A stretch of DNA of 63,625 bases, filler included. It is 8 parts of 8 records of this genome, joined end to end, with 100 filler letters (N's around TTAATTAATTAA, not from the genome) between each part and the next. Parts side by side here need not be neighbours in the genome. Positions count along the whole stretch, not along the records: positions 38,237 to 46,171 come from SRR31147125_7625; positions 46,272 to 58,089 come from SRR31147125_7632; 6 more parts are not named here. The stretch is one strand, 5' to 3'. The position numbers were made by a program, and so were the translations under genes. Positions 40,767 through 51,105 of this stretch are shown here, piece after piece. The notes under the pieces are model-generated. The model was given only the letters and a program-made list of their open reading frames with translations. It had not been told where the DNA came from and ran no database searches. How positions within the stretch are numbered: the first letter of the stretch is position 1; each line of letters opens with the position of its first letter.

Positions 40767-42936
40767 ATGAAAAAATTATTGATAATTCTATTTATCACAA
40801 CAGTCGCATTTTCAAATGTTTTTGCTCTACAGTTTAATAATATAAATGCAGATACCGTCTTTAAGAAAAACTATACTATTAAAGGAAGCTCACAAGCTAA
40901 GGGAGTATTATCAGTTAAAGTTAATAATCAAATCAAAATTAACAAAAAAATTAACTCCTAATAAAGAATTTAATTTTAATTTTTCACTTGAAAATGGACG
41001 AAACTCTATAGAGTTTATTTTTACAGATAATAACAATACCATAGAAAAGAAAAATTTCAATATTGTTAAACTAGAAAAATATGATATGTTAGTTGATAAA
41101 AATTCTAACACAAATAGTGGAAACGAAATCGACGGAAAACCTACTTTTAATAATATACAATCTGCTATCAACAGTATTCCCGAAACAAATACAAAAACAA
41201 TAACTATCTTTGTAAAAAACGGTGTGTATAAACAAAAATTAGTTATTAACAAACCTATGGTAACATTGATTGGGGAAAGCAGAGATAAAACGATATTAAC
41301 ATATGATGACGTAGTAGGAAAAAAAGATTCCACTGGTAAAAAAATTGGAACTCAGGGAAGTTTCAGTACAAGAATTCAGTCTACAGCAAAAAATTTCGTA
41401 GCTGAAAATATCACTTTTGAAAACAGCTTTGAAAAAAATTATTTATCTAAAAATAATGGGGAAAAACCAAAAGAAAAAAGAGCTGTTGCTTTATTGGTTC
41501 AATCTGACAAAGCATCATTTATAAACTGTAGAATTGTTTCTGGTCAGGATACTTTATATATCAAAGAATCAGCAAGACATTATTTTTACAGATCTATTAT
41601 AGAGGGAGATGTTGATTTCATATTTGGAAATTCAACAGCTATTTTCGAAGAGTGTGATATTGTTTCACTTGACAGAGAAACAAATCCAAAAGGATATATT
41701 GTTGCTCCTCAAACTGCAAAAGGAACAAAATATGGATATGTATTTTTGAACTCAAAACTAATAAACAACGGAATAAAAGAGAATGAATCTGTTTATTTAG
41801 GTAGACCGTGGGGAGTAGAAGGGTTTACTGCATATATCAATTGCTTTATGGATTCGCATATTAAATCAACTGGTTGGAATGAAATGTCAGGCAGATCTCC
41901 AGAGAAGGCAAGATTCAAAGAGTTCGGAAGTTATGGTCCCGGAAGCAAAGTTAAAAAGAACAGTGTAAGAGATAAAAAATTAATCTCTAAGAAAAACGCT
42001 AAAAAGTATACTATAGAAAACATCTTTGAAATCAATGGGCAAAAATGGAATCCAAAAACATATCTTGATTCACTTTATATAAAACCTCAAATAAAATTAA
42101 CAAATAAAAATAACGCTACTGTCAAAGGTGCATATTATTATTTGAAAGGTAGTGTTAATCAAAATGGTACACTAACCGTAGCAATAAATGACAAAACAAA
42201 TAATATTAAAATTCCAGTTTATAAATCGAAGAAACTTAATGAAAAAATCAATCTTTTACCTGGAAAAAACAATATAATAGTTAGTTTTATCAATGATTTT
42301 GGGGCTAGTAACGAAATTTCACTTAACATTAATTATAACGAAGTAAAACCTCAAGTTACTTTATTCGAAACGCCAAATTCTAAAGTTAAAAAATCAAATT
42401 TTGATTTAACAGGAGTTGTTGATAAAGACTCATTAATTACACTTAATTTAAACGAAAACAACATTATTGAAAATGCTAAAATTAATAAAAAAACTAAGTT
42501 TAAGTTTCCTATTCAATTTAAAGAGGGAAAAAATATAATTAACCTCATTGTTACAGATTTTTTAGGTAATAAAACACAAAAGATTTTTAATGTTTACAAT
42601 GATAAAAATTGGGAAAATAAATTATTTACATTAAATTCAACATCATTGAGAGACAAATATTTTGTTAAAAATCAAACTAAAAGCAATTTAAATATCAGCA
42701 TTAATGTTAAAAGTAACTCCTCTGTAGAAAGAACTGGCATTACTATTATTGAATTAAAAGACTCAAATGGATTTATCATAGGGAAAACTTATTCAAAAGA
42801 TTCATTCAAAAAAGGAGAAGCTAAAATAATATCAGCATCATTTTTTACTCCTAAATTAAAGAAAAACTCTTATTCAATTACAGCATACACAGTTTCTTCG
42901 GAAGAAGTTTCATCAAATATTCTTATTAAACAGTAA
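40767..42936 (+). CDS. Secreted modular pectinesterase (CE8), frameshift at the A-run ~40945
   Basis: Signal peptide; IQSAIN, GVYKQKL, ENITFEN, QDTLY, GDVDFIFG, YLGRPW, followed by Ig-like repeats. Confidence 0.85.
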
Positions 42937-42967
42937 CGTAATTTTCATATTATCATTTAACTCCTTA

Positions 42968-42998
42968 AAAAAACTCCGTCATTTTCGACGGAGTTTTT
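42968..42998. terminator. Bidirectional terminator
   Basis: AAAAAACTCCGTC-atttt-(C)GACGGAGTTTTT. Confidence 0.75.
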
Positions 42999-43080
42999 CT
43001 ATATTACTTTTTTTTATTTATTTCCTCTACTTACCTGAGGTCAAAAAAGAGGGGGATGAAAAAAATCCCCTTCTAAAACT

Positions 43081-44127
43081 TTATCTACTCTTTTTTTTGC
43101 TTTTAACTTTTATAGCTTTCAAAGTTGATTTAGCTTCACCAAAACTTTTTCCAAGCATATTTTCAAGTTTTTTCTTTTCAGCTTGTTTATGAGTTAAGCC
43201 ATCATATGATAACTCTTTTTTTAGTTTTTTGTAGTTTTCAAATCTCTTCTCAGATAACTCTCCATTATCAATAGCTGCTCTAACTGCACATTTTGGCTCA
43301 GTTTCATGAGTACAGTCACTGAATTTACATTGATGTGCAAGCTCCTCTATATCTTCAAAGGTAGTCTCAACATCTCCACCCCAAAGTTGAAGTTCCCTCA
43401 TACCGGGAGTATCAATAATAATCCCGCCACTCCCCATAAAGAACATCTCTCTATGAGTAGTTGTATGCCTTCCTTTTGCATCGCTCTCTCTGATATCCTG
43501 AACTTCTAATACCTCTTCACCTAATAGCTTATTAATAAGCGTTGATTTCCCTACACCTGAGGAACCAATAAATACAGATGTTTTACTATTAACAAAATAT
43601 TCACTTAGCTCATCTAAACCTTCATTTTCAAATGAACTAATAGTATGAATTGATACACCAAAAGCTATTGCTTCAAGTTCAGCTAATTTGGTTTCCATAT
43701 CCTCAGCTATATCTGATTTGGTAAGTAAAAACACTGGATTTGCACCACTTTCCCATACCATAGTCAAATATCTCTCTAATCTAGATAGATTGAAATCCTG
43801 ATTAAGCGAAGTTACAATGAACACATTATCTACATTTGCAGCTATCACCTGCTCATCAACACGTTTACCTGCAATCTGCCTAGATATTTTACTCCTTCTA
43901 TCCATTATAGCTGTAATCAAGTTGTCATCCGTTGCCACAACCCAGTCACCCACTGCAGGAAACATCGCATCTTTTATAAGGTTTCCTTTTAGGTCTGCTA
44001 AAATTTCAGCCCCACCAGTGTTTATTCGAAATTTATTTCTAAATACCGCTGTTACTCTTGCAAATTGTTCATTTTCATTTAATTCATAATTATAACTATT
44101 ATTCCAACCTAAGCTTTCTAAATTCAT
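43081..44127 (-). CDS. rsgA: Ribosome small subunit-dependent GTPase A family protein
   Basis: PAVGDWV, AANVD, TKSD (G4), GSSGVGKS (G1), GRHTTT, DTPG, and zinc finger C.F.DC.H..EP.C. Confidence 0.92.
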   Translation of the reverse strand: MNLESLGWNNSYNYELNENEQFARVTAVFRNKFRINTGGAEILADLKGNLIKDAMFPAVGDWVVATDDNLITAIMDRRSKISRQIAGKRVDEQVIAANVDNVFIVTSLNQDFNLSRLERYLTMVWESGANPVFLLTKSDIAEDMETKLAELEAIAFGVSIHTISSFENEGLDELSEYFVNSKTSVFIGSSGVGKSTLINKLLGEEVLEVQDIRESDAKGRHTTTHREMFFMGSGGIIIDTPGMRELQLWGGDVETTFEDIEELAHQCKFSDCTHETEPKCAVRAAIDNGELSEKRFENYKKLKKELSYDGLTHKQAEKKKLENMLGKSFGEAKSTLKAIKVKSKKKSR

Positions 44128-44306
44128 TTTTTCTTATTTCCTCCTAATGTTAATTTTCTAGAAATTTATAAATAAATTCATCAATTAAATATTGATTATT
44201 TTATTTATTTATCTAAAAAATTTATTTTCTCTTAAAATATTACTCACTTCTAAAGTGAGTTAATCCAAATTATGAGGAAATTAAACAAGCCTAGTTTTCT
44301 TTTATT

Positions 44307-44354
44307 CTAAACTTGTTTAGCCCTCATTCCGTTAATTCTTTCCATTACAAACAT
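44307..44354 (-). CDS. Putative leader peptide MFVMERINGMRAKQV
   Basis: GAGAGG RBS-like sequence upstream; its 3' end forms the 5' arm of a long hairpin in the rsgA 5' UTR. Confidence 0.55.
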   Translation of the reverse strand: MFVMERINGMRAKQV

Positions 44355-44544
44355 CAAGTCACATCCTCTCTCGTTTACTTTATAAATCTATTTAAGATTA
44401 TAAAGACCGCTTTTTATTTTAATATTTATTTTTTCTGAGATTTCTCTCGTGCAATAATTTTTACCACTTATATCCAATAAAGTCAATATGAGAGTTTTAC
44501 ATAATTTATTTTATATTTAATTTTGAATATTATGCAAAACTCTT

Positions 44545-44570
44545 AATCTAAGAGAAATCTAAGGAAAATC
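44545..44570 (+). promoter_or_regulatory. 11-bp-period direct repeats (OmpR-family box candidate)
   Basis: AATCTAAG-aga-AATCTAAG-gaa-AATC upstream of the LTXXQ gene and the response regulator. Confidence 0.45.
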
Positions 44571-44689
44571 AAAATTTCCTCATAGATAAGCAGAGTATCA
44601 TACTGGTATAGAAAATAAAAACAATAACAAGACAGGATATTGGCAAAGCTAAATTCATGAATAACACAATAATAAAATCTTAGGAGGAA

Positions 44690-45483
44690 ATGAATATGAA
44701 ATTTTGTAAATCACACGAAATGGGAAATCACGGTCACGAGTTTATGAAGAATATTTTTGAGGAGCTTAATATAACAGATGAACAAAAAGATAAAATAATT
44801 CAAATAAAAAAAATAGGAAAAAAAGAGAAAATGAAGTTAGCTGTAAAATATATCTTTGGAAAAGCTGATTTTGAATCTCTACTGGATATGATACCAGAAA
44901 AAATTGGAGAAATAGAGGAGATCTTAACACAGGAACAAAAAGATAAAGCTAAAAAAATGATGATGGAGGAACATCAGAAGTTTTTGCTCATAAACTATTT
45001 ATGTTAAAAGATAACATTAAAGAGTTAATTGAGGTGACTGAATTAAACGAAATACAAAGAGATCAGGCAGAAAAACTGTTTAACTTAGCCATTGAGCATG
45101 AAAATTGCGAGGAAATATTCAAGCTAAAAGCCGAATTTAAAGCTTCACTCAGCGAGGAACAAAAAGATAAAATATTTGAGTATATTAAATTAAATACACA
45201 TGTGGGTGAGTTCTTAAAAGAACTAAATATTAGTACTGAACAAAAGGATAAATTCATGGAACTACATGAAAAAGTTTGTAGCTCAAAGCCTGAAGTATGT
45301 AAAAAATTTAAAGATGGTGAAATGTCTTTTTCTGATATGGCAAAAGAAAAAATAGCAATGATTAAGGAAATGAAAGCTGTTCTTAACCCAGAACAAATTA
45401 AGAAAATTAAAGCTATGCATAAATCACACTGTCATGGTCATAAATTCCACGGGTCTAGACATGGACATAGTGGATGCTGCTAG
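44690..45483 (+). CDS. LTXXQ-repeat (Spy/CpxP-like) protein with His/Cys-rich termini, probably one gene with a frameshift ~44955-44980
   Basis: ITDEQK, LTQEQK, LSEEQK, ISTEQK and LNPEQI repeats; C-terminus HKSHCHGHKFHGSRHGHSGCC. Confidence 0.6.
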
Positions 45484-45583
45484 AAGAATAGTTTCAATAA
45501 ATTTAAAATATCATGTATAATTACACTAGGGAGAATATCTATTCTCCCTTATTGTAATAAAAAACTAATAAGCAGGTGTTAGG

Positions 45584-46171
45584 ATGTCTCAAAAAGTATT
45601 AATCGCAGAAGATGATAAAAAAATCGCTCGTTTACTTCAAATTTTGTTAGAAGACGAAGATTACAAAGTTGATATTGCATATGATGGTAAAACTGCCCTT
45701 GAGATGGCTAAATCTCAGGAGTACAAGCTTATTCTCCTAGATATTATGATGCCGAGGATGAATGGAATCGAAGTTTGTAGAAAAATTAGAGAGTTTGCCA
45801 AAACTCCGATTATCATTATCTCAGCAAAAGATGAAGTCAGTGATAAAGTTATAGGACTTGAGCTTGGTGCAGATGATTACATTACTAAACCATTTTCCAA
45901 TGAAGAATTCATTGCCAGAGTTAAAGCCATGCTTCGAAGAGCAAATAATTCTACAAATGATAAAATTGATAAAGATATCATTATCAATGGTCCTCTAAAA
46001 ATAAATCAAACTAACTATACAACTTGGTATAATGGTACAGAAGTTAATCTAACAAAAAAAGAGTTTGAGCTTCTCGAATACCTAATGTTAAATAAAGGAA
46101 TTGTATTGAAAAGAGACCAGATTTTATATAATGTGTGGGGTTATGATTATATTGGTAATGACAGTGTATTG
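45584..46171 (+). CDS. OmpR/PhoB family response regulator, 3' partial
   Basis: AEDD, LLDIMMP, GADDYITKPF, LTKKEFELL..VWG winged helix. Confidence 0.92.
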
Positions 46172-46271
46172 NNNNNNNNNNNNNNNNNNNNNNNNNNNNN
46201 NNNNNNNNNNNNNNNTTAATTAATTAANNNNNNNNNNNNNNNNNNNNNNNNNNNNNNNNNNNNNNNNNNNN
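46172..46271. other. Artificial contig linker
   Basis: N44-TTAATTAATTAA-N44. Confidence 0.98.
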
Positions 46272-46332
46272 CAATGTACATCATGTTTATCATTTTTTGC
46301 CGCGGAGTTTCCGGACAATATTTAGCACCCAT
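46272..46332 (-). CDS. gldM: Gliding/T9SS motor protein, N-terminal fragment
   Basis: MGAKYCPETPRQKMINMMYI directly after gldL. Confidence 0.85.
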
Positions 46333-46355
46333 ATTACGCTTTTAAGTGAATGATT

Positions 46356-47261
46356 TTACTTATTATAGCTCATTGCGCCCAACATATTACCATAAATGGT
46401 ATTTAAGGCTTCCAAATTCTTATTTAGCTGTTCAGCATTTTCTTTATATTTCTTAAGCTCATCAACAGAAGAAGTCAGAATAGTATTCATCTCTGAAAGA
46501 TCCTGATTAAATTTCTGTGTAGCTTTAAATTGGTCTTGTGTATCTTTCAACTGACCTTCGAAATTTGAATTTAAGGAATTCAGATTATTATTTAACCTTT
46601 CCAAATTTCCGGCATATTCTTTCGAACTACTACCAATACTTTCCAATCCTCCTTCAATTATTTCTGAAGATTTATTGTAACTGTCAGACAAGCGTTTTCC
46701 TGTTTCAGAAAGCTGATCTGCAGCTGTTGAATAGGAATCAACCAAAGTTCCAACTGAATTACTTATATTTTCGTTTGCCTTGTTATTAATGTCTGCAAAA
46801 GAATTCATCGATTCAGATGCTGAACCAAGATTCTTAACATACATGTCGGTTGCTAAAGTAGCAGAACTAATATCGCTAATTCCTTTGGCAGTATTTGTAA
46901 GTTCTGTTAATCCCTGGCCAACTTTATCTATTAAGTCGGGTGTTAATTCTGAGGAACCAAGTAGCTGTTCCAGCCCCTGACTTCTTTTTGGTTTTAGCTC
47001 CTCAATGTCTGCCAACTCGTAATCTTCCCTAAGTTCAGGGTACACTTTTCCCCATTCAGGAAAATCCATTGGAGGTTCAAAAGCAGACAAAAAGAAAATT
47101 AATGCCTCGGTTGAAAGACCAATGGTAAGGAGTAATCCAGAGTACTGTAGGTGCTCAAGTTTAAATAATGCACCAATAAGAACAACTGCTGCTCCCCATC
47201 CATATACATATCCCATGAATGCTTTCCAACGCTTTGTTTTAAATAGTTCTCCCAAGTTCAT
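46356..47261 (-). CDS. gldL: Gliding/T9SS motor protein GldL/PorL
   Basis: YGWGAAVVLIGALFKL.H, TEA.IFFLSAFEP, W..VYPEL, LN.IYGNML.AM. Confidence 0.92.
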   Translation of the reverse strand: MNLGELFKTKRWKAFMGYVYGWGAAVVLIGALFKLEHLQYSGLLLTIGLSTEALIFFLSAFEPPMDFPEWGKVYPELREDYELADIEELKPKRSQGLEQLLGSSELTPDLIDKVGQGLTELTNTAKGISDISSATLATDMYVKNLGSASESMNSFADINNKANENISNSVGTLVDSYSTAADQLSETGKRLSDSYNKSSEIIEGGLESIGSSSKEYAGNLERLNNNLNSLNSNFEGQLKDTQDQFKATQKFNQDLSEMNTILTSSVDELKKYKENAEQLNKNLEALNTIYGNMLGAMSYNK

Positions 47262-47290
47262 AACAATTGGTATAAGGTTAAATAATGGAA

Positions 47291-48642
47291 CTAAAAATCT
47301 TCTCCGAAAGTAGAACGAACGCATCGAAATCCAACATATGATTTCGTAGTATCCTGATATTCGTAGTTACGGGTAGATACCTGAACAAATTGCGAAATAT
47401 CTTTCCACGAGCCACCACGAATAACTTTACGCTTCATTACCGCAGGCTCATCTTTACGTGCATTGTACGTAAATGTTGGATTTAAATCGCTAAAATAATT
47501 GTAACCGGCCTCGTCGTAAGCAGTACTTGTCCACTCTGCAACGTTACCCGACATATCGTATAATCCATATTCGTTCGGATCGTAACTTCCAACTTTTAAG
47601 GTGGCAATGGCACCATCCTCTACATAGTTTCCACGAAGAGGTTTGAAGTTTGCCAAAAATACACCTTTATCGTCACGCGGATAATAGCCTCCCCAAGGGT
47701 ACATCGAAAATTCTTTTCCTCCACGTGCGGCATATTCCCACTCAACTTCAGTAGGCAACCTGTAGGTCATAAGAGTTGCTTCTCCTCTCTCAGTTAAATA
47801 ATCAGTTTGAATTTTTGTACGCCAGTTACAAAATGCATTGGCTTGTTTAAGGTAATACCCACTGCAGGATATTCATCAAATCCCGGATGCCAAAAATAAC
47901 GGGTAGCAAGAGGTTCATTATACGAATAAGTAAAATCTCTTATCCAACATAAAGTATCGGGGTACACATGAACCTGGTCGTGCATCATAAAAGATGAACG
48001 GTTTTCGATTGGCACTAATTCCCCTTCAATATTATATACATTACCTTCGTAACGTTGCGTTTCGAAATTATAACTATTCGATCGACGAGCTGCCTGATTT
48101 AAATCAACCCACCAATACTCATAGATTAACTTGCGGGTATCAACTTCTCTTTTGCCAAAAAAGCGTTCGTTTTCAGGATAATACAAATCCTCCATTGCCA
48201 TCTGAAAGTCAGGATCATCCCAGTCGATCTTTTCGTCCCAGTTAATTTTTGGAGGATCGATTGGATTTCCTTCCCTGTCTTCTGTAATTAAAAATTCAGG
48301 ATATTGTTCGCCCAACATTTCGCGGGCCTTCTTTTCTTTTACCCACTCTACAAATTGGCGATATTCGTTATTTGTAATTTCAGTATCATCCATCCAAAAT
48401 GGTTCTTGCGACACTGTTTTTGTAGGAACACCTGCACTGCTAGCATCCTGATCGCTGGGCCCAATATTAAAGCTACCCCTTCGAACATACACCATTCCGT
48501 ATGGTTGGGTTTCTTTAAATCGCTGCCTTTTTTGCACTCCCATTAATTCACCGTTACCGCCGCCGGCACCTCCGCCACTAAAGCACCCGGTAAAGCTTAG
48601 CGCAATTAATAAAACAACTGCAATTGAAAGTATTTTTTTCAT
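47291..48642 (-). CDS. gldK: Gliding/T9SS lipoprotein GldK/PorK, frameshift ~47850
   Basis: Lipobox FTGC, GELMGV, PYGMV, YPDTLCW..DF.YSYNEP, FGE-fold RLPTE.EWEYAARG and RGGSW. Confidence 0.9.
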
Positions 48643-48829
48643 GCGATTAAAATTGTTAATTTTCCAATGTATCGTATAAAACCCACATAAAACGTCCTAA
48701 GGGATTATGATTAATGCTGGTTTCATAATCAGCTCTATTTTTTAGAGATTTGATTTAATTCTATTTTCAAAACAATAAAATAATAAAATATTACTGTCTA
48801 ATCCAAACAGAAGCTCAAATTCATATTAT

Positions 48830-49786
48830 TTACAAAAACCTAATACTCTTATATCGCTTGCTACGACTTCGCTCTAAATCAATCGAATAACTCACAAAAA
48901 ATTCATGCGAAGAAAAGCTATTACTTTTTAAGGCCGATGTAACCAAATCAAAAGAATAACCTAATCGTAACCCATTTAATAACTCCATTCCCATAAGTAA
49001 AGCAACGGCATCTTGAACCCGATAAGTTAAACCGCCCCAAAACTTATCGTTATACACCACATTTGTGTTTAAATCTAACTGCCATGCGGCAATATCAGTT
49101 TTAAACAAGAACGAAGGTCGCAGTTCAAATAACGGATCAGACAGTTTAATATTGTATCCACCACTTAAATAGTAGTGTCTTGCCAAAAAATCGACCGCCA
49201 TTTCGTCGTATTTTATTTCGGGCTGGTTTATATGGGTAACCGAAAAACCTGCGTAATATTTATTCGTGTACAAATATAATCCTGCTCCAAAATCAAAGGC
49301 TAACTGGCTCGATTCCGACTGTGGAATGTAATTGTCGCCAGTTCCTCCTTCCGAACCATTTAAAATATCGTCGGAAGAAACCCAACCATCGGAATTTATG
49401 TTAAAGTTATACAATCCGGGAGCAATACCAATTCCTAAAGTTCCCAGAGCAGTGTTTACTTTATATGAATAATTGAAATTAATCCACATATTCTCGTAAA
49501 ACCCGTATTGGTCGCTAACAATATTAATTCCAACACCTCCGGGTGCGCCAAAAGCATTAACTGCTGCGTCAACACTAAAAACCAATGTAACAGGCTCTCC
49601 TCCTCCGTAACCAATCCATTGGTAACGATTTAAAAGCATTCCGTTAATTGCGTCTTCAGCCCCTGCATAACCAGCATTAACTCCCAACTTATAAAACATA
49701 TTGTTTGTATATTGAGGGTCGCTTTGACCAATGGCTGCGAAATTAACCAATAACAGTAAAAATAAAAAAGAAACTGTTTTTTTCAT
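48830..49786 (-). CDS. PorP/SprF family T9SS membrane protein
   Basis: Q.DPQYT.NMF..L.VNAGYAG, R.QW.G, GYSFD, SHEF; located upstream of gldK. Confidence 0.88.
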   Translation of the reverse strand: MKKTVSFLFLLLLVNFAAIGQSDPQYTNNMFYKLGVNAGYAGAEDAINGMLLNRYQWIGYGGGEPVTLVFSVDAAVNAFGAPGGVGINIVSDQYGFYENMWINFNYSYKVNTALGTLGIGIAPGLYNFNINSDGWVSSDDILNGSEGGTGDNYIPQSESSQLAFDFGAGLYLYTNKYYAGFSVTHINQPEIKYDEMAVDFLARHYYLSGGYNIKLSDPLFELRPSFLFKTDIAAWQLDLNTNVVYNDKFWGGLTYRVQDAVALLMGMELLNGLRLGYSFDLVTSALKSNSFSSHEFFVSYSIDLERSRSKRYKSIRFL

Positions 49787-49902
49787 ATTCTTCTTCCAAA
49801 TGGCAATATAGCTATTTTCCGAGACCGCAAAAGAAACAAAAATTTGTTATTTGTAACAATCTTCTGTTAACAAGGTATGCAAAGAACGTTCGCAATTTGG
49901 TA

Positions 49903-51042
49903 TTATTTTAAGATTTCGTCGATTTTTTGAATATATTTTAACCAAAGCTCCGGAATCTCGTTTAATGTTGCATCAATATAATCCTGCTCGGAGCATGCCA
50001 CATAAACAATTTTATTGCTCAACGAGCGAAACTGAATCCACCATTGCCCGGTTTCTATATTCTGATAAAAAACCAATGGAGAATCGACATCTGTAATTTC
50101 AACTTTAAAAACTTTAAATCCGTCTCCATCCTCAGGCTTAAGAGCACATCTGCTTAATACCCCTTCTAAAAAATACCAGCATGATTGTGCTGCTAATTGT
50201 ATATTAATCTCGTTATTAACTACTTCGAATAAACCAAGAACTTTCAATCGGCTGCTCATGCCGGCATATCTCGACAACTGGCAAATTTCTTCGCTATGCA
50301 AACCATTCGGAAGTTTATGCTTACCAAAGCTTTCGGTGTATTTCAGAGTTCCATAATCTATCGAAACAAAATCGCTATTTCTTAACACCGGATCGGCAAG
50401 CGTTAAATCTTCTCGTAAAACACCAAGTCGAACCGGATTACAAATTGCCTTAATTTTCGACAAATAAATATCGGGCACATAATGTTTCTGACACCCCAAT
50501 ATTCCAAATTGAAAAATATCGGGTTGGCCACTAAATATTCGTGAAAGATAGTTTTCGGAGTTAAAAGACTCTTTTCCTTTACGTACATCTAAAAAAGCAT
50601 CGACTGTAGAAAACGAGAATAATTTATTTCCGCGGTAAGCCTGACAAATGCCATAGCTAAAATCCTGGCTGCCGCCCAAAACAATGGTAATAATATTTAA
50701 TTCAGACAAATAATCTACCACATCGCGCAATGCCAAAATGTTACCTTTATTACTGCTGGCCTGTTTCAAATTCCCTAAATCAACAAGATTAATCTTTCCT
50801 AATCCTTTAAGTTGATACAATTCTTTTCGAATTAAATTAGGGATATCATAATTTACACATTCATTCTTCTGGTTTTCGAATGGTATTCCAACAATAACTA
50901 CCTCTACTTTTCCCAGGTTAGCTTTATTTAACCTAAGTGTATATTTTTCGATGGCAGCACCTATTGAATATTTCCAGTTAACAGGAGAACTCTCAGCAAA
51001 TGCTGAAAAATCGACAGGATTGAAATAATGATTTAGGTCCAT
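49903..51042 (-). CDS. Arginase/formimidoylglutamase-fold protein
   Basis: IRKELYQL, DLGNL, LGGSQD, PNG..SEE.CQL.RYAG.S. Confidence 0.75.
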   Translation of the reverse strand: MDLNHYFNPVDFSAFAESSPVNWKYSIGAAIEKYTLRLNKANLGKVEVVIVGIPFENQKNECVNYDIPNLIRKELYQLKGLGKINLVDLGNLKQASSNKGNILALRDVVDYLSELNIITIVLGGSQDFSYGICQAYRGNKLFSFSTVDAFLDVRKGKESFNSENYLSRIFSGQPDIFQFGILGCQKHYVPDIYLSKIKAICNPVRLGVLREDLTLADPVLRNSDFVSIDYGTLKYTESFGKHKLPNGLHSEEICQLSRYAGMSSRLKVLGLFEVVNNEINIQLAAQSCWYFLEGVLSRCALKPEDGDGFKVFKVEITDVDSPLVFYQNIETGQWWIQFRSLSNKIVYVACSEQDYIDATLNEIPELWLKYIQKIDEILK

Positions 51043-51105
51043 CTTCTATTGGGTAATTTTTCATGTAAAAATAAAGGCAAATGATTAAATCACCTGCCTT
51101 TATTC

